Shown: positions 27,902-38,042 of the stretch, piece by piece
Numbering within the stretch: the stretch's first letter is position 1
Layout of the letters: every line of letters starts with the position of its first letter
From: a virus
IMG/VR virus record: IMGVR_UViG_3300024999_000041
Location: 64,001-128,000 of that record
Strand: one strand, 5' to 3'
Length of the DNA: 64,000 bases
Notes under the pieces: generated by a model
Databases searched by the model: none
What the model was told of the DNA's origin: nothing
What the model saw: only the letters and a program-made list of their open reading frames with translations
Made by a program: the position numbers and the translations under genes

Positions 27902-28808
27902 TAACACTAGCTCCCTTAAGTATGTCATAAAGAAAAACTTCAAATTGTCTTAGTTCATAATACGAGATTAAATCTCTGTTCGGGGTTCCCCTAAATAATT
28001 TATATTCTATTCTATTCTCTTTATCATTATATTTACGTAAGTCCATCAATTCCAAGTAGTTATCAACAACATCTATAACATCCAAATATTTTTTAGCTGT
28101 TGCTTCCCACTTTGTTCCCTCAAAAGAATTAACTGCTTCTAAGAACTTCTCGGGTGTAGTAGGATTCCATCTCTCAGCAAATAACTTCTTAAACTCTGTC
28201 TTAACAAAAGGAACGGGAGCTTTTAAATTATCTGACTTATCCCCATCCAAAATTCTAAAGGATAATAGGTTCTCAGTAGAAACTCCGAATTTACTAAAAA
28301 CTAAGTTATTATCTACAAATTTAAATCCTTTATCGTAATCGTTAGAAACTTTAAATATCTGAGATAATTGCCAAAAATCTTTATCTCCTGAATAAATTAT
28401 TATTTCTTCATTGCCTTTTTCTTTTAATTCAAAAGCTATGTTAGCTATAAGGTCATCAGCCTCACATTCCTCGTTCTTTGCAAAAGCTATATGGTTTAAG
28501 TTGGATAATATATTTACGATATGTGAAGTATCCATATATACTTTAGTTTTATCTTTGTCCCTATTAGCTTTATATTCTTCATTTATTTCTTTTTTAGAAC
28601 ATTTCCCATCCATCACAAAGATAACTTTATGCTCTGGATATTTTTTATATAGCCTCTCCACTAAAAAAGAAAAACCTTTTATACTTCCTACAAATATATT
28701 CTCTTCGTCTTTTTTAATGTAATGGTCCTTGAATCCAAAATGAAAACGATTTAAACACCACGAAAAATCTACTATAATAAATTTTCCCAAAATTCCTCCT
28801 CTTAACAT
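27894..28808 (-). CDS. 5'-3' exonuclease/flap endonuclease (T4 RNase H / Pol I N-terminal-like)
   Basis: VMDG, YKANR, EADD, SGDKDF.QL, GDKSDNL. Confidence 0.9.
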   Translation of the reverse strand: MLRGGILGKFIIVDFSWCLNRFHFGFKDHYIKKDEENIFVGSIKGFSFLVERLYKKYPEHKVIFVMDGKCSKKEINEEYKANRDKDKTKVYMDTSHIVNILSNLNHIAFAKNEECEADDLIANIAFELKEKGNEEIIIYSGDKDFWQLSQIFKVSNDYDKGFKFVDNNLVFSKFGVSTENLLSFRILDGDKSDNLKAPVPFVKTEFKKLFAERWNPTTPEKFLEAVNSFEGTKWEATAKKYLDVIDVVDNYLELMDLRKYNDKENRIEYKLFRGTPNRDLISYYELRQFEVFLYDILKGASVNV

Positions 28809-28811
28809 AAA

Positions 28812-29144
28812 TTATATTAAAGTCATAAGCACCTTTGCGTTATTGGGATTTATCTGATTGTATCCAATTATACCTAATATCAAAAGTTCCTTTGATACAC
28901 TTCCCGATACTAAATCAGTAAATAAATGAGACAGTACCCTCAAATCAAATTCAATGTCTGATTTATCTTTATCCTTAAACATTGGATTACCGTAAATAAT
29001 ATCTATTAGTCTATCGAATCTGTACTCGTTCAATTTAAAATATAGAGTACCACTTTTCTTATGAGGATATTCTCCCATAAAAATATCTTCTTCTTTTAAA
29101 TATTCTATATCTTCTGGCTCAAAAATAAAATCAGGTATAAACAT
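28812..29144 (-). CDS. Hypothetical protein
   Basis: First ORF after a sigma70 promoter. Confidence 0.6.
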   Translation of the reverse strand: MFIPDFIFEPEDIEYLKEEDIFMGEYPHKKSGTLYFKLNEYRFDRLIDIIYGNPMFKDKDKSDIEFDLRVLSHLFTDLVSGSVSKELLILGIIGYNQINPNNAKVLMTLI

Positions 29145-29173
29145 ACTAATTCCTATTATTACTATTTAATACC

Positions 29174-29202
29174 ATTTTACCACATGAAATTATAAATGTC
29201 AA
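29174..29202 (-). promoter_or_regulatory. sigma70/sigmaA-type promoter opening the replication module
   Basis: TTGACA-17 nt-TAAAAT with TG. Confidence 0.8.
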
Positions 29203-29211
29203 TACCAAAGT

Positions 29212-29240
29212 AAAAAAAGAGCCGTAATTTCTTACAGCTC
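29212..29240 (-). terminator. Rho-independent terminator ending the structural/lysis transcript
   Basis: GAGCTGTAA-GAAA-TTACGGCTC followed by a T-run. Confidence 0.8.
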
Positions 29241-29268
29241 ATAAAAGGGTTGTCGGAGGTGGATTCTA

Positions 29269-29757
29269 TTAAATTTTATTTACATTAGTGTATATGGGTT
29301 TACCTGCTTTATTAAAAACAGCTTTCATCTTTTGTCTTCTTGGAGTACCATTACATCTTCCTATATGAATCCAAGGGTTAGACGGGTTCTCGAATATAAC
29401 TTGGTCTACTATATCCATCAATGGTTTTCCGTTAGATTGTTTAATGTTCCCCAAAACTATATCATTAAATAGTTGTTGTAAAGATACTCCTATGACATGA
29501 AAATCCGTAGCATTACCGCCCATGTGCTTAGAAGGTGGTTTTACACTTCCCCCCACCTTCTTATTAACTGCGGGACTTCTATACCCAGAAGTTATTATAA
29601 GAGGCTTATTGTAGTAAGCTCTTATAATATCCAAATAATCATTACATAAAATTATAGCATTATTTTTAATAGTACCTGTTGGAAGTGAATTATCTACTCC
29701 CCTAACCTGAGTTACAGTAAACTCCCTCTCGGATATGTATTTACTTAACATATTCAT
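29269..29757 (-). CDS. Peptidase M15A-family endolysin
   Basis: TSGYRS..VN..VGG...SKH..G.A.DF, DQVIFE...WIHI Zn ligands. Confidence 0.85.
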   Translation of the reverse strand: MNMLSKYISEREFTVTQVRGVDNSLPTGTIKNNAIILCNDYLDIIRAYYNKPLIITSGYRSPAVNKKVGGSVKPPSKHMGGNATDFHVIGVSLQQLFNDIVLGNIKQSNGKPLMDIVDQVIFENPSNPWIHIGRCNGTPRRQKMKAVFNKAGKPIYTNVNKI

Positions 29758-29772
29758 ATTACACCTCTCTTA

Positions 29773-30846
29773 TTAATGTCCAATTGCAAACCAATAGAAA
29801 CCATCAGGATTCCCAGAACCGCCTCCCGAAGGATGTTGAGCAAATAGAGTAGCTCCCGTGGTAGACAAAGATACTATTTGTAGTATCATATCTGAAGTAA
29901 TATCAGCTATACTATTGCTCAGAGTTCCAGTGATATTTAAGCATGCTGTAGGAAATGCTTGGGGGAAAGTTATTGGATAGGAACCTTCTGAAATAGTGGC
30001 AGAGTTAAATCCCCATTGCATTATTAAGCCATTAGGTAAAGTACAATATCCATCAGTTGTAAGAGAACTTGGGAATTGACTTATATTAACTACCTGATTT
30101 CCAGTAGTTCCGTCTGAAGCACTAAATAATTGAGTAGAGGAGCCAGCTATTCCAGCATAGGTTCCGTCTGCATATCCCTTAGTCATTGCATCTTGAGGAT
30201 TAGAAGGATTATTGAGATTTATTATGTTGTTGTTATTAAGATTTAAACTTCCCGCCATGGCTACTGACCCATCAGTGAGAATAACGGGTTCAGCTAACAT
30301 GTTGGTAGGAAGAAGACCTTGAACTTCTTCTCCTCCAGTTAGCATTACTTTAGTGGGATTGAATCCTAAAGCATTATGTTTGTGTATCTGAAGGTCGTCC
30401 TGAGTTACATAAACCGTAGAAGCACTCAAATTTATTGTTACTTCGGGTAAATTTACTATTTCTATTAATAACTTCTCCCTAAAATCATATACGGCTCCTT
30501 CGCTCGGTACATTTTTATACACCTCTGGGTGAGCTGCTACACAGAATAGTTCATTGTTATCTGTAAATATTCCTACTTCTCTTATATAGAATCCTCCAAC
30601 ACTAGCAGGAACTATAGTTAAAATTTCTAACCATATAGCTACATTGCTATTAATATATAATGAAGTTATATTTTGTCTATATACTTCATTAACTAAATTT
30701 TGTTGGGATTGACTAGGATTTACATTAAATCCTCCTCCGTCGCCCCAAGCAAAGTATTTTAAATTGATAGGAGTTCCGTGAGCCAAACTTTCTAAAACTA
30801 AGGTTTGTCCTACAGTAGTAAGTATTGGATTATAAATAGTAACCAT
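29773..30846 (-). CDS. Tail fibre protein (P2 gpH/DUF3751-like N-terminus; gp53-like C-terminal domain)
   Basis: ILTTVG..GDGGG..VGGFYIREVGIF; C-terminal LPNGLIMQWG..FPQAFP.AC..WFAIGH. Confidence 0.85.
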   Translation of the reverse strand: MVTIYNPILTTVGQTLVLESLAHGTPINLKYFAWGDGGGFNVNPSQSQQNLVNEVYRQNITSLYINSNVAIWLEILTIVPASVGGFYIREVGIFTDNNELFCVAAHPEVYKNVPSEGAVYDFREKLLIEIVNLPEVTINLSASTVYVTQDDLQIHKHNALGFNPTKVMLTGGEEVQGLLPTNMLAEPVILTDGSVAMAGSLNLNNNNIINLNNPSNPQDAMTKGYADGTYAGIAGSSTQLFSASDGTTGNQVVNISQFPSSLTTDGYCTLPNGLIMQWGFNSATISEGSYPITFPQAFPTACLNITGTLSNSIADITSDMILQIVSLSTTGATLFAQHPSGGGSGNPDGFYWFAIGH

Positions 30847-30903
30847 AATTTGTATCCTCTATATGTAAATAACTTTTATAATATATATATAAAAACCGTC
30901 CGC

Positions 30904-31611
30904 TCACCAATTCCATTTGGATGTATCCCAATCTGAAATATCCCAAATCATAAAATCTATTCCGAAATACCATTTTTTCTCATCCCAGTTAAACACGTCC
31001 CATATAAGGTATTCGGTGTCTGGATAAGCTGTATACATTAACGTACCCTGACTCGCAATTCCTATATAGTATGTAGACTTGTCTAAAGCGAATTCTAAGG
31101 TAAGTTTATTTATAATAGGATAAATATAATTCCTAGCAAAATTTACTATCTTATCTACAACTTCAAAACCTCTAACTTTAGTAGGGCTAAAAGATACTAA
31201 ATCCAAAGAAATGGTATGAGGCTCTCCTACTGGAGTTTGTTCATACCAATCAGATAATTCAAAATCTATATCTAAAAGTTTTAAAGCAAACTCAAAACCT
31301 TTTCTGCTCCCCTTATTGATATGTATAAAATTTATAAAAGATAAAAATGTCCTTACTGACTCTTCCTCTAAGTAAAGAGTATCTATTATATACCCGTAAC
31401 CAAATTCATTAATCAGAGAATACACATCCTCCAAAGGAATATCTTTTAAACTTCTATATTTACTCTTAACAGAGTAAAATCTTTGAGCTAATTTATCAGA
31501 GTATGGATAATCAACACTAAGAAGCCAATCTACAGAGTCTGCAAATTGTTGCATAGTTTCTTCTTCTCTTCTATTTTCGGGTATCCATTTTCTTATTGAA
31601 TGATTAAACAT
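30904..31611 (-). CDS. Baseplate wedge protein (P2 gpI/T4 gp7-like) with Trp-Asp-rich tail
   Basis: IHINKGS..G...AL...WYE...GEPHT; lies between the gp6-like and fibre genes. Confidence 0.65.
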   Translation of the reverse strand: MFNHSIRKWIPENRREEETMQQFADSVDWLLSVDYPYSDKLAQRFYSVKSKYRSLKDIPLEDVYSLINEFGYGYIIDTLYLEEESVRTFLSFINFIHINKGSRKGFEFALKLLDIDFELSDWYEQTPVGEPHTISLDLVSFSPTKVRGFEVVDKIVNFARNYIYPIINKLTLEFALDKSTYYIGIASQGTLMYTAYPDTEYLIWDVFNWDEKKWYFGIDFMIWDISDWDTSKWNW

Positions 31612-31645
31612 GTCTTTATAAAATCCACCCTCCCGAATTCCTACC

Positions 31646-31656
31646 TATAATATAAA
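31646..31656 (-). promoter_or_regulatory. Putative late promoter TTTATATTATA
   Basis: Exact motif copy upstream of 31611. Confidence 0.6.
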
Positions 31657-31657
31657 T

Positions 31658-31686
31658 AAAAAACCGTTGATTGATGGTTCAACGGT
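31658..31686 (-). terminator. Rho-independent terminator
   Basis: ACCGTTGA/TCAACGGT stem plus T-run. Confidence 0.6.
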
Positions 31687-31722
31687 CAAAACCTTTATAC
31701 ATCTCTTACCTTTGGTAAGAGA

Positions 31723-33834
31723 CTATACTATGGCTACATTGGTTTTAATTTTTATATATTCATTCCAATTATATTGGAATAAGATATTATCACTATCATA
31801 GTACTTCCAAAGGATACCTCCATCCTTAGTAAGAGTATCTTCCATAACTAAATCTCCTCCCACATTACTAGTAGGAATAGGATTAGATACTTGTACTACG
31901 GTGTTACCACTAGATATTGTAGCTGAAATAACATTATAATATCCATCATTTCCGTTAGAACTCTGAACCCTCACTACGTCATTAGGTAGAAAATGAGATG
32001 TCTTATCTCCAGAAACAGTAAAAGTATACGGACTAGAATTATTAACAGCTATTATAGAGTACCTATCTGTGGTTTTAAATAAGGGTAAAGAACTATTGGA
32101 AGAATCTAAAAACCCTACGCACTCATAAGAGAAATTACCAGACAACACCGAATCCCCTATTTGATAGTGATGATTAGCTTGCCAGTTTGGGTCTCCCTCT
32201 ACCTTGGTCTTACATACCCATATTATGTCGTTGTCCTCGGTAAAATCACCTAGTGTGGTAGTAAATGTAGGAATAGAAGAACCAGAATACTTAACAATAT
32301 CTACAAGCTCAAACATAACATCTATAGATAAAGCATTTATTAAAGTACCTTGAACTAAATCGCCCAATTTATAATATCTGCTAGGGTACCATGTAGGAAC
32401 TAGCTTACCGTATCTTTGTATACATTTCCATGTCATTCCATTATCTATAATTAAATCTCCATCAACATAAGACCAAGCGGGTTCTGTAGCTCCCGATTGT
32501 TGTATAAAATCAGAAGCCATATATATTTTTCCGTTATCTGGGGAGAGAGTTATGAAATCTCCCAATCTGTATTTAGTACTATTGTCTCTAACTGTGGTAT
32601 TAACAGTTACTCTGGTTCTTTTTATATAAGAAAAATTATCCATATCGTGTTCTAATTGTTCTAAATCAAATTCAGTACTTAGAGATTTCTCATAAGCAGA
32701 CATTAAAGAAGCTACATCACTTTCTACATCAGTTATGGCTATTACATTATTAAGATACTTTCTTAAGTTAAAATTCAATTCTAATTTAAAATGTCTGGGG
32801 TCTGATATTCTAGGCATAGGAACTCCCATAGCCCTTCTTATATCCAAAGAACTAAGAACACTAGACTTCTCATCATCTGTCATAATAGTATAGTCATTCT
32901 TAATATAAGTCAAATTTACTATAGCTGGAGAAAAATCAGTACTATTAGTATCTGCAAAGTTATATCCTAAATTTCTAAATTCTTTCAAATAGTCATTTCT
33001 AGCTCTTATAAGTACTTGTGTTTCGTGATACAAAGGAGCATTTACCCTTATACTATCGTTACTCTCTGGAGCTATATATGGAAAAGTACTAGTTACTGAA
33101 GTTACGGAACCAAAGTCAAATTTAATATCTGATAGAGAATAAGATACGGTAGCTAACTCTATGTACTGAAGCGTTAATGTATCTGAGGGAGAATATAAAT
33201 AGCTACCCTCTTGTATGTATGAAACATCTACAGCTCCTAGAGGATTAGACAAAGCTACATACATATCGTTAAATAAGTCTTTAAGATTGCTACTGAGAGG
33301 AACTATTGTTCCATTCAATAGTATCCTTATGTAATCACTCACATTTTCAGATATAAATCTAAAAACTTTCAATTTGTCTGTGTCTACTATCAAATCTTCT
33401 GTTTTTAAATTACCTATATATACTTTGATAGTGGAAGCTACGTTTTTATTTAATTGTGTTTTATCTACTGTTATGATTTCTAAGTTTTGTATAGTTCCCA
33501 CTTGAGTGTATTCTGGAATAAATCCAGTAGTATTAGGTATTATATTTAATTCTATTATCTCATTCTTACCCCTGATTACAGAATATCCTAAGTTCTGAGA
33601 TATTCCTACCAAAGAAGTTCTATTTTGTGCATAAGTAATATAGTTCTCTCGTCTAGCTATGGTAACTAGATAAGATATAAATGAAGCAAAAGCTGATAAC
33701 AGTCTTATTAACAACCTACCTGTAGAAGATTCGTAAAAATCTTTCCACTTCTGAGATTGGGCTTGACTATTATAGTACTCAGTCAAACTATCAAATATCT
33801 GAGAAAACGATAATGAATCTAATTTAATAACCAT
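31723..33834 (-). CDS. Baseplate wedge subunit (T4 gp6-like) with C-terminal accessory domains
   Basis: LSFSQI..L..Y..WKDFYESS.G..LI..L; ENYITYA..R.S...NLGY; ES.DSIR.NAP...DY. Confidence 0.82.
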   Translation of the reverse strand: MVIKLDSLSFSQIFDSLTEYYNSQAQSQKWKDFYESSTGRLLIRLLSAFASFISYLVTIARRENYITYAQNRTSLVGISQNLGYSVIRGKNEIIELNIIPNTTGFIPEYTQVGTIQNLEIITVDKTQLNKNVASTIKVYIGNLKTEDLIVDTDKLKVFRFISENVSDYIRILLNGTIVPLSSNLKDLFNDMYVALSNPLGAVDVSYIQEGSYLYSPSDTLTLQYIELATVSYSLSDIKFDFGSVTSVTSTFPYIAPESNDSIRVNAPLYHETQVLIRARNDYLKEFRNLGYNFADTNSTDFSPAIVNLTYIKNDYTIMTDDEKSSVLSSLDIRRAMGVPMPRISDPRHFKLELNFNLRKYLNNVIAITDVESDVASLMSAYEKSLSTEFDLEQLEHDMDNFSYIKRTRVTVNTTVRDNSTKYRLGDFITLSPDNGKIYMASDFIQQSGATEPAWSYVDGDLIIDNGMTWKCIQRYGKLVPTWYPSRYYKLGDLVQGTLINALSIDVMFELVDIVKYSGSSIPTFTTTLGDFTEDNDIIWVCKTKVEGDPNWQANHHYQIGDSVLSGNFSYECVGFLDSSNSSLPLFKTTDRYSIIAVNNSSPYTFTVSGDKTSHFLPNDVVRVQSSNGNDGYYNVISATISSGNTVVQVSNPIPTSNVGGDLVMEDTLTKDGGILWKYYDSDNILFQYNWNEYIKIKTNVAIV

Positions 33835-33843
33835 TTTATATAT

Positions 33844-34206
33844 CTAACCCCTAACTGTTTCTACAACTGAAAATTTTTCAGTAAATCCTTTTATCTTGAA
33901 ATAGATAAAAGCTTTATAAGCATTATTATCTATGTCTGTAACAACCCTAGACATATTCATATCTAACAATACTCTATCATCCCAAAAAGTTATATTATTT
34001 ACTATATCCTGAAAAAGTATTATAGCATTTGTATCATCTATAACATCAAAAAGATAATCATCCCTCTCAAATCCAAAATCTGGAAGATACAGTACTTCCG
34101 TCTTTCTGGTTTTTATTATACTACTAATACTCTGAATTACAGAATCTAAATCTATAACTTCAGGTCTTTTGTAGGAATCATTAGCATTTATATCAGAATA
34201 CAACAT
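33844..34206 (-). CDS. Baseplate protein, T4 gp25/GpW-like
   Basis: YSDIN...SV.QSI..I..T.K.E....PDFG...LF...WD.R. Confidence 0.85.
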   Translation of the reverse strand: MLYSDINANDSYKRPEVIDLDSVIQSISSIIKTRKTEVLYLPDFGFERDDYLFDVIDDTNAIILFQDIVNNITFWDDRVLLDMNMSRVVTDIDNNAYKAFIYFKIKGFTEKFSVVETVRG

Positions 34207-34234
34207 TTATTTTCTCTTTCGTTAAACTTCTACA

Positions 34235-34245
34235 TATAATATAAA
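34235..34245 (-). promoter_or_regulatory. Putative late promoter TTTATATTATA
   Basis: Exact motif copy. Confidence 0.6.
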
Positions 34246-34246
34246 T

Positions 34247-34963
34247 CTATAGAGGGGGAGAAGTTGTACCGCCTTGAGGGTCGATGTGTATATGACTTTT
34301 TCCAGATTTACCACTAGAAATATTATCATTGGCTGTAACAGTTCCAACAACATTAACAGCTCCTCCTATGTTGACATCTCCCGATATATTAGTAGTGGTA
34401 GCTGTTATATTATATACAGTAGTTATTAAATCGGTGGTTCCATCAGGATTCATCCTCAAAACATTACCAGAGACTTGAAAAATATCTATCGTAGTATCTT
34501 GATGAATTTTAACATAGTTACCCGAAGGATGTAAAAATTCCCAAGTTTGTTTTTGTTTGTTGATTCTAAAGGTGGTTCCAGTAGGGTCAACAAACCCATA
34601 AGAATGAGGGTAGTCCTCATCAAAGGCAGTAGTTCTAGTTTCTAAAGAAGTAACCCCTCCTTTATAATATCCGAAATAGGGGTCTGAGGTAGGATATTCA
34701 ACAGTTACTTTAGTTCCTATATCTGGTACTGAAAACATTCCAGAGTTAGTACTATTGCCTAAAAATGAAGAGGGTACCTGATTTATCCAAGGTAAGTCGT
34801 CGTCTGGAATATACTCAGACGTTCCTACAAATCCGTGATACTGAGGAACTCTAACTCTAACTCTACCTAATTTTAAAGGGTCATTATTGTCTGTTATAGT
34901 TCCCTCAAACGAAGATGTCTTTCTATTTTTATCTTTAAGCCATATAAGAGGTTTAGCTAACAT
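34247..34963 (-). CDS. Baseplate central spike (gp5/VgrG OB-fold, gpV-like)
   Basis: DNNDPLKLGRVRVRVP..LPW..VP.IG..V.V; beta-helix; HIH metal-binding apex, TTSPP. Confidence 0.88.
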   Translation of the reverse strand: MLAKPLIWLKDKNRKTSSFEGTITDNNDPLKLGRVRVRVPQYHGFVGTSEYIPDDDLPWINQVPSSFLGNSTNSGMFSVPDIGTKVTVEYPTSDPYFGYYKGGVTSLETRTTAFDEDYPHSYGFVDPTGTTFRINKQKQTWEFLHPSGNYVKIHQDTTIDIFQVSGNVLRMNPDGTTDLITTVYNITATTTNISGDVNIGGAVNVVGTVTANDNISSGKSGKSHIHIDPQGGTTSPPL

Positions 34964-34964
34964 A

Positions 34965-37019
34965 CTAAATTATCTCCAGTGTTATTTTGTTTGAAAATTT
35001 TACATTACTACGATATATTATATAATCGTAATATTTGTTATTTATTTTTATACTCTTATAATTAACCTTAAAACTTTTCTTATCCACGATATCTTCGTCT
35101 GGAAGATAAACTTTATAGTCTTCCCCATCAACCCTAACAGTTCCTACTTCCATATAAGATGGATAGGCTATGTACACATATCCTTTAGGAACGAATATTT
35201 TATGTATATATCTTCTTATGCTTTCATCACTGTACAGTTGTTTTAATTCATCTTCATTGATATTAATATCATTATAGGAGCCCCAATATCTTCTGAATAC
35301 TGCTGAATCCTGTTGATTTATTATAGCTCCGTCTTTAAGATATGCTAATGTTTCTAATAAAAGATTATTCAAACTAGCATTTCCTGTCTCTACAGTATCT
35401 GTTAATTTATCCTGTACATACCACCCGAAGGTACTAGCAGTATATTCGGTTGCTTTCAAGGAGGTAGCTCCCATATTAGGTATAACTAAATAACCCATAT
35501 CTATGAAACTATCGTAAGTTCCTGAAGTTAGTTCTAATATGATAGAATTATCCTCTGAAAGATATACCGTCTCTCCTCTAGTCGATAAATAATCAAAGGT
35601 AGTCTTAAGTATATCAAATATTAAACTATCCGATAAAGAGCTTAAAACATGTTCTAACTTAATCCAAATTCCATTATCATCAAATCCAAATAAAGTGGAG
35701 GTTAAACTTTCTAACTCCTGAGCAAGTATTCTTATATTAGGTAAATTTAATTTTAGTCCTTTTAAGGATAATAAGTCTTTTATTTGATTCATTACATCAT
35801 TTATTTTAGATATAGCTTGTGTATAATCATTATTCTCTTGTACCTCCAAAGACACGCTATTCACCTCCCTAGTATAATCAATTAATTCATTAAAAGACTC
35901 TCTAGTAAGAACTAGATGAGTTTGAAAATTTTTATTTTCTCCTATAGTTCTAACAACTTTAGATATTAGATATTTCCCAGAATATAATCCCTCTGTTATA
36001 TTAATATTACTATCGGTACCCTCTAGGTACTCTACCATATCTAAAACATGTAAATCCTCTATATATTTACCAATAAAGGATACGGTTAATCTAGCAGTCG
36101 ACAAGTTAATCAAACTTGATATATTATGTAGATAGTTATTCCAATATCCAGAAAAAACATTATCGTTAGAAAGAAAATCATAACCATCTTTTCTTTCTAC
36201 ATTAAAAGAATCTAAATCAGAGGTCATGGCTATAATAGGGGATTGGGTAAACTTTACCTCTTGATAACCTCCCTTAATCATATCATAAACCCTGTTTATT
36301 CTATTTTGAACCATACTATTAACTGCCCCAGCATCGTTAGTTATTTCTGGAGTACCATTTATCCGTATATCATTTGAGTTAATTGCAGGTCTGTTACTTA
36401 ACCTATACTTGGGTTTACTTTTCACTTGAGTATCAGAATTAAATAATCTGAATGCTCCGTTCTTAGTAATAGCTACCAAAGGAATAGCCTTATTAGATAA
36501 TCCCATCCTATACCAAATATCGGTTATAAATTCCCTATAACTTTTTCTACAGCATAACCATTTTTGTAATCCTGAATCTTCCCCATCTATATTTGTTTCA
36601 AAAGTGAAAAACCTAGATACTACTTGTTTTATGGCTCCAAATCCAGATACTTCAGTATTTGAGTCAGAAGTAACAGATTCTGTATGGCTTCCCTTCATAT
36701 ATCCTAAAGCATCGTAGAATCCAGATATCTCTATATAAAATCTATTCTGTCCGTAATTCTGTAAATCTTTTTTAAATATTCTTAGGGGTATCGAGACTTT
36801 ATCCTCGTCAGAACTTCCTATAGTTATTCTTATAACATTATTTTCTATTAAATAACTTCTTAGTTCTGGAATAGAAAAACGGAACTTCAAGTCAAAACTA
36901 GGAAGAGTGTTACCTGCTTCCTCTATTAAAGTAAATTCTACAAGGTCTCTGGATTCTATAAAATCCTTATAGTTACCTACTTGCATATCAAAAATATATT
37001 GTCCTTGAATTTCTATCAT
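34965..37019 (-). CDS. Baseplate hub (gp27/GpD-like) with long C-terminal extension
   Basis: Position before the spike; YSGKYLISKV...T.L.L.RES hub terminus near aa 375. Confidence 0.65.
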   Translation of the reverse strand: MIEIQGQYIFDMQVGNYKDFIESRDLVEFTLIEEAGNTLPSFDLKFRFSIPELRSYLIENNVIRITIGSSDEDKVSIPLRIFKKDLQNYGQNRFYIEISGFYDALGYMKGSHTESVTSDSNTEVSGFGAIKQVVSRFFTFETNIDGEDSGLQKWLCCRKSYREFITDIWYRMGLSNKAIPLVAITKNGAFRLFNSDTQVKSKPKYRLSNRPAINSNDIRINGTPEITNDAGAVNSMVQNRINRVYDMIKGGYQEVKFTQSPIIAMTSDLDSFNVERKDGYDFLSNDNVFSGYWNNYLHNISSLINLSTARLTVSFIGKYIEDLHVLDMVEYLEGTDSNINITEGLYSGKYLISKVVRTIGENKNFQTHLVLTRESFNELIDYTREVNSVSLEVQENNDYTQAISKINDVMNQIKDLLSLKGLKLNLPNIRILAQELESLTSTLFGFDDNGIWIKLEHVLSSLSDSLIFDILKTTFDYLSTRGETVYLSEDNSIILELTSGTYDSFIDMGYLVIPNMGATSLKATEYTASTFGWYVQDKLTDTVETGNASLNNLLLETLAYLKDGAIINQQDSAVFRRYWGSYNDININEDELKQLYSDESIRRYIHKIFVPKGYVYIAYPSYMEVGTVRVDGEDYKVYLPDEDIVDKKSFKVNYKSIKINNKYYDYIIYRSNVKFSNKITLEII

Positions 37020-37026
37020 GATTATC

Positions 37027-37359
37027 CTATTGAAGACTTTTTAAACTATAGTATAAAGATTCTAAGTCAGATACACTAAAATAGTTTAACAATCTCCCCG
37101 TTTTTAATTCTGATAAATCTATTATATTATTATACAACATTATTAAATGAGTATATATTACAGTATCATATATTCTATACGATATTAAGTCTGGTCTTTC
37201 CTCTTCTACGGTTATAGTAAAAACTCCTTTTACTGGAAGATTTTTAAAATTTTCTAAAAAATAAGAATCCAATACGTCAAAATTATCATCTTTCCAAGGA
37301 AGAAGTTTTCCTAAATCATATCTCTCCTTACTTATATATTCTGGGTTGACAAAAAACAT
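37027..37359 (-). CDS. Baseplate wedge protein, gp53/LysM-like
   Basis: ERPDLISYRIY.....LI..YNNI.D..EL..G. Confidence 0.8.
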   Translation of the reverse strand: MFFVNPEYISKERYDLGKLLPWKDDNFDVLDSYFLENFKNLPVKGVFTITVEEERPDLISYRIYDTVIYTHLIMLYNNIIDLSELKTGRLLNYFSVSDLESLYYSLKSLQ

Positions 37360-38042
37360 TATTGTATCTCCATATTTGGTGTTTGTAAAAACATAGACTG
37401 CATTTCATCATAGTAGGGAAGTCTGGTAGGACTTAAAGTAACTGTAAGTTTAGTCCAATATGGCTGACCATCAGGAGTAAGGGTAGTGGAGTATTCTGGT
37501 CTAAAACCTTTAATTAAAAGATTCATAGCTCTAAACCATTGACCTATAGTCAATATCACTGTTCCTTTTAATGGTTTCCTATTAATACCTATATTATTAC
37601 CATATTGTGCTAAGTTGACTGGTTGGTACCCCCAATGATATTTAACAGCTACAGGAACTCCTAATACTGGAGAATTCTCTGGATAAATAGCTTGGTATAG
37701 TTTATTAACTATCTCTGTTGGTTTAATAGTACTGTTAGTTGCTATGATATAAAAGCTAAGATTGAATACAGGTATATTGGCTCCAGTCCACTGCTGAGTA
37801 GTGTCTAGGTGATTCAATATTTGAATGTCGCTTCCTAGCCTAGCTAACCATTGATTAGCTTTAGTAGAATATTCTCTTCCGAATAACTGGTCAGACCAGT
37901 TAGCTTCGTTTTGAAAATCAAAAGGTCCCTCAAGATACCCCAAAATAACATTACCTTGGTCTGGTTCTCCTCCAGTTTGTTTTGGTAGTATTAATTTTAC
38001 CTTTAGTCTATCATCATTTATAACTCTATCGAAAATATTCAT
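37359..38042 (-). CDS. Baseplate tail-tube cap/initiator (gp48-like)
   Basis: LTIG.WF...LLIK...YS....DG.P....TVTL; position after the tape measure gene. Confidence 0.6.
   Translation of the reverse strand: MNIFDRVINDDRLKVKLILPKQTGGEPDQGNVILGYLEGPFDFQNEANWSDQLFGREYSTKANQWLARLGSDIQILNHLDTTQQWTGANIPVFNLSFYIIATNSTIKPTEIVNKLYQAIYPENSPVLGVPVAVKYHWGYQPVNLAQYGNNIGINRKPLKGTVILTIGQWFRAMNLLIKGFRPEYSTTLTPDGQPYWTKLTVTLSPTRLPYYDEMQSMFLQTPNMEIQ

Noticed and set aside
20268-28808. Modified-base (e.g. dZ or deazaguanine) DNA pathway
   Set aside because: No PurZ, DpdA, Que/Fol or hydroxymethylase genes were recognised in this window
29773-30846. Diversity-generating retroelement or invertible fibre cassette
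   Set aside because: No reverse transcriptase, template repeat or invertase seen
31651-31658. T4-type late promoter TATAAATA
   Set aside because: It occurs on the plus strand, opposite to transcription, as a by-product of the TTTATATTATA motif
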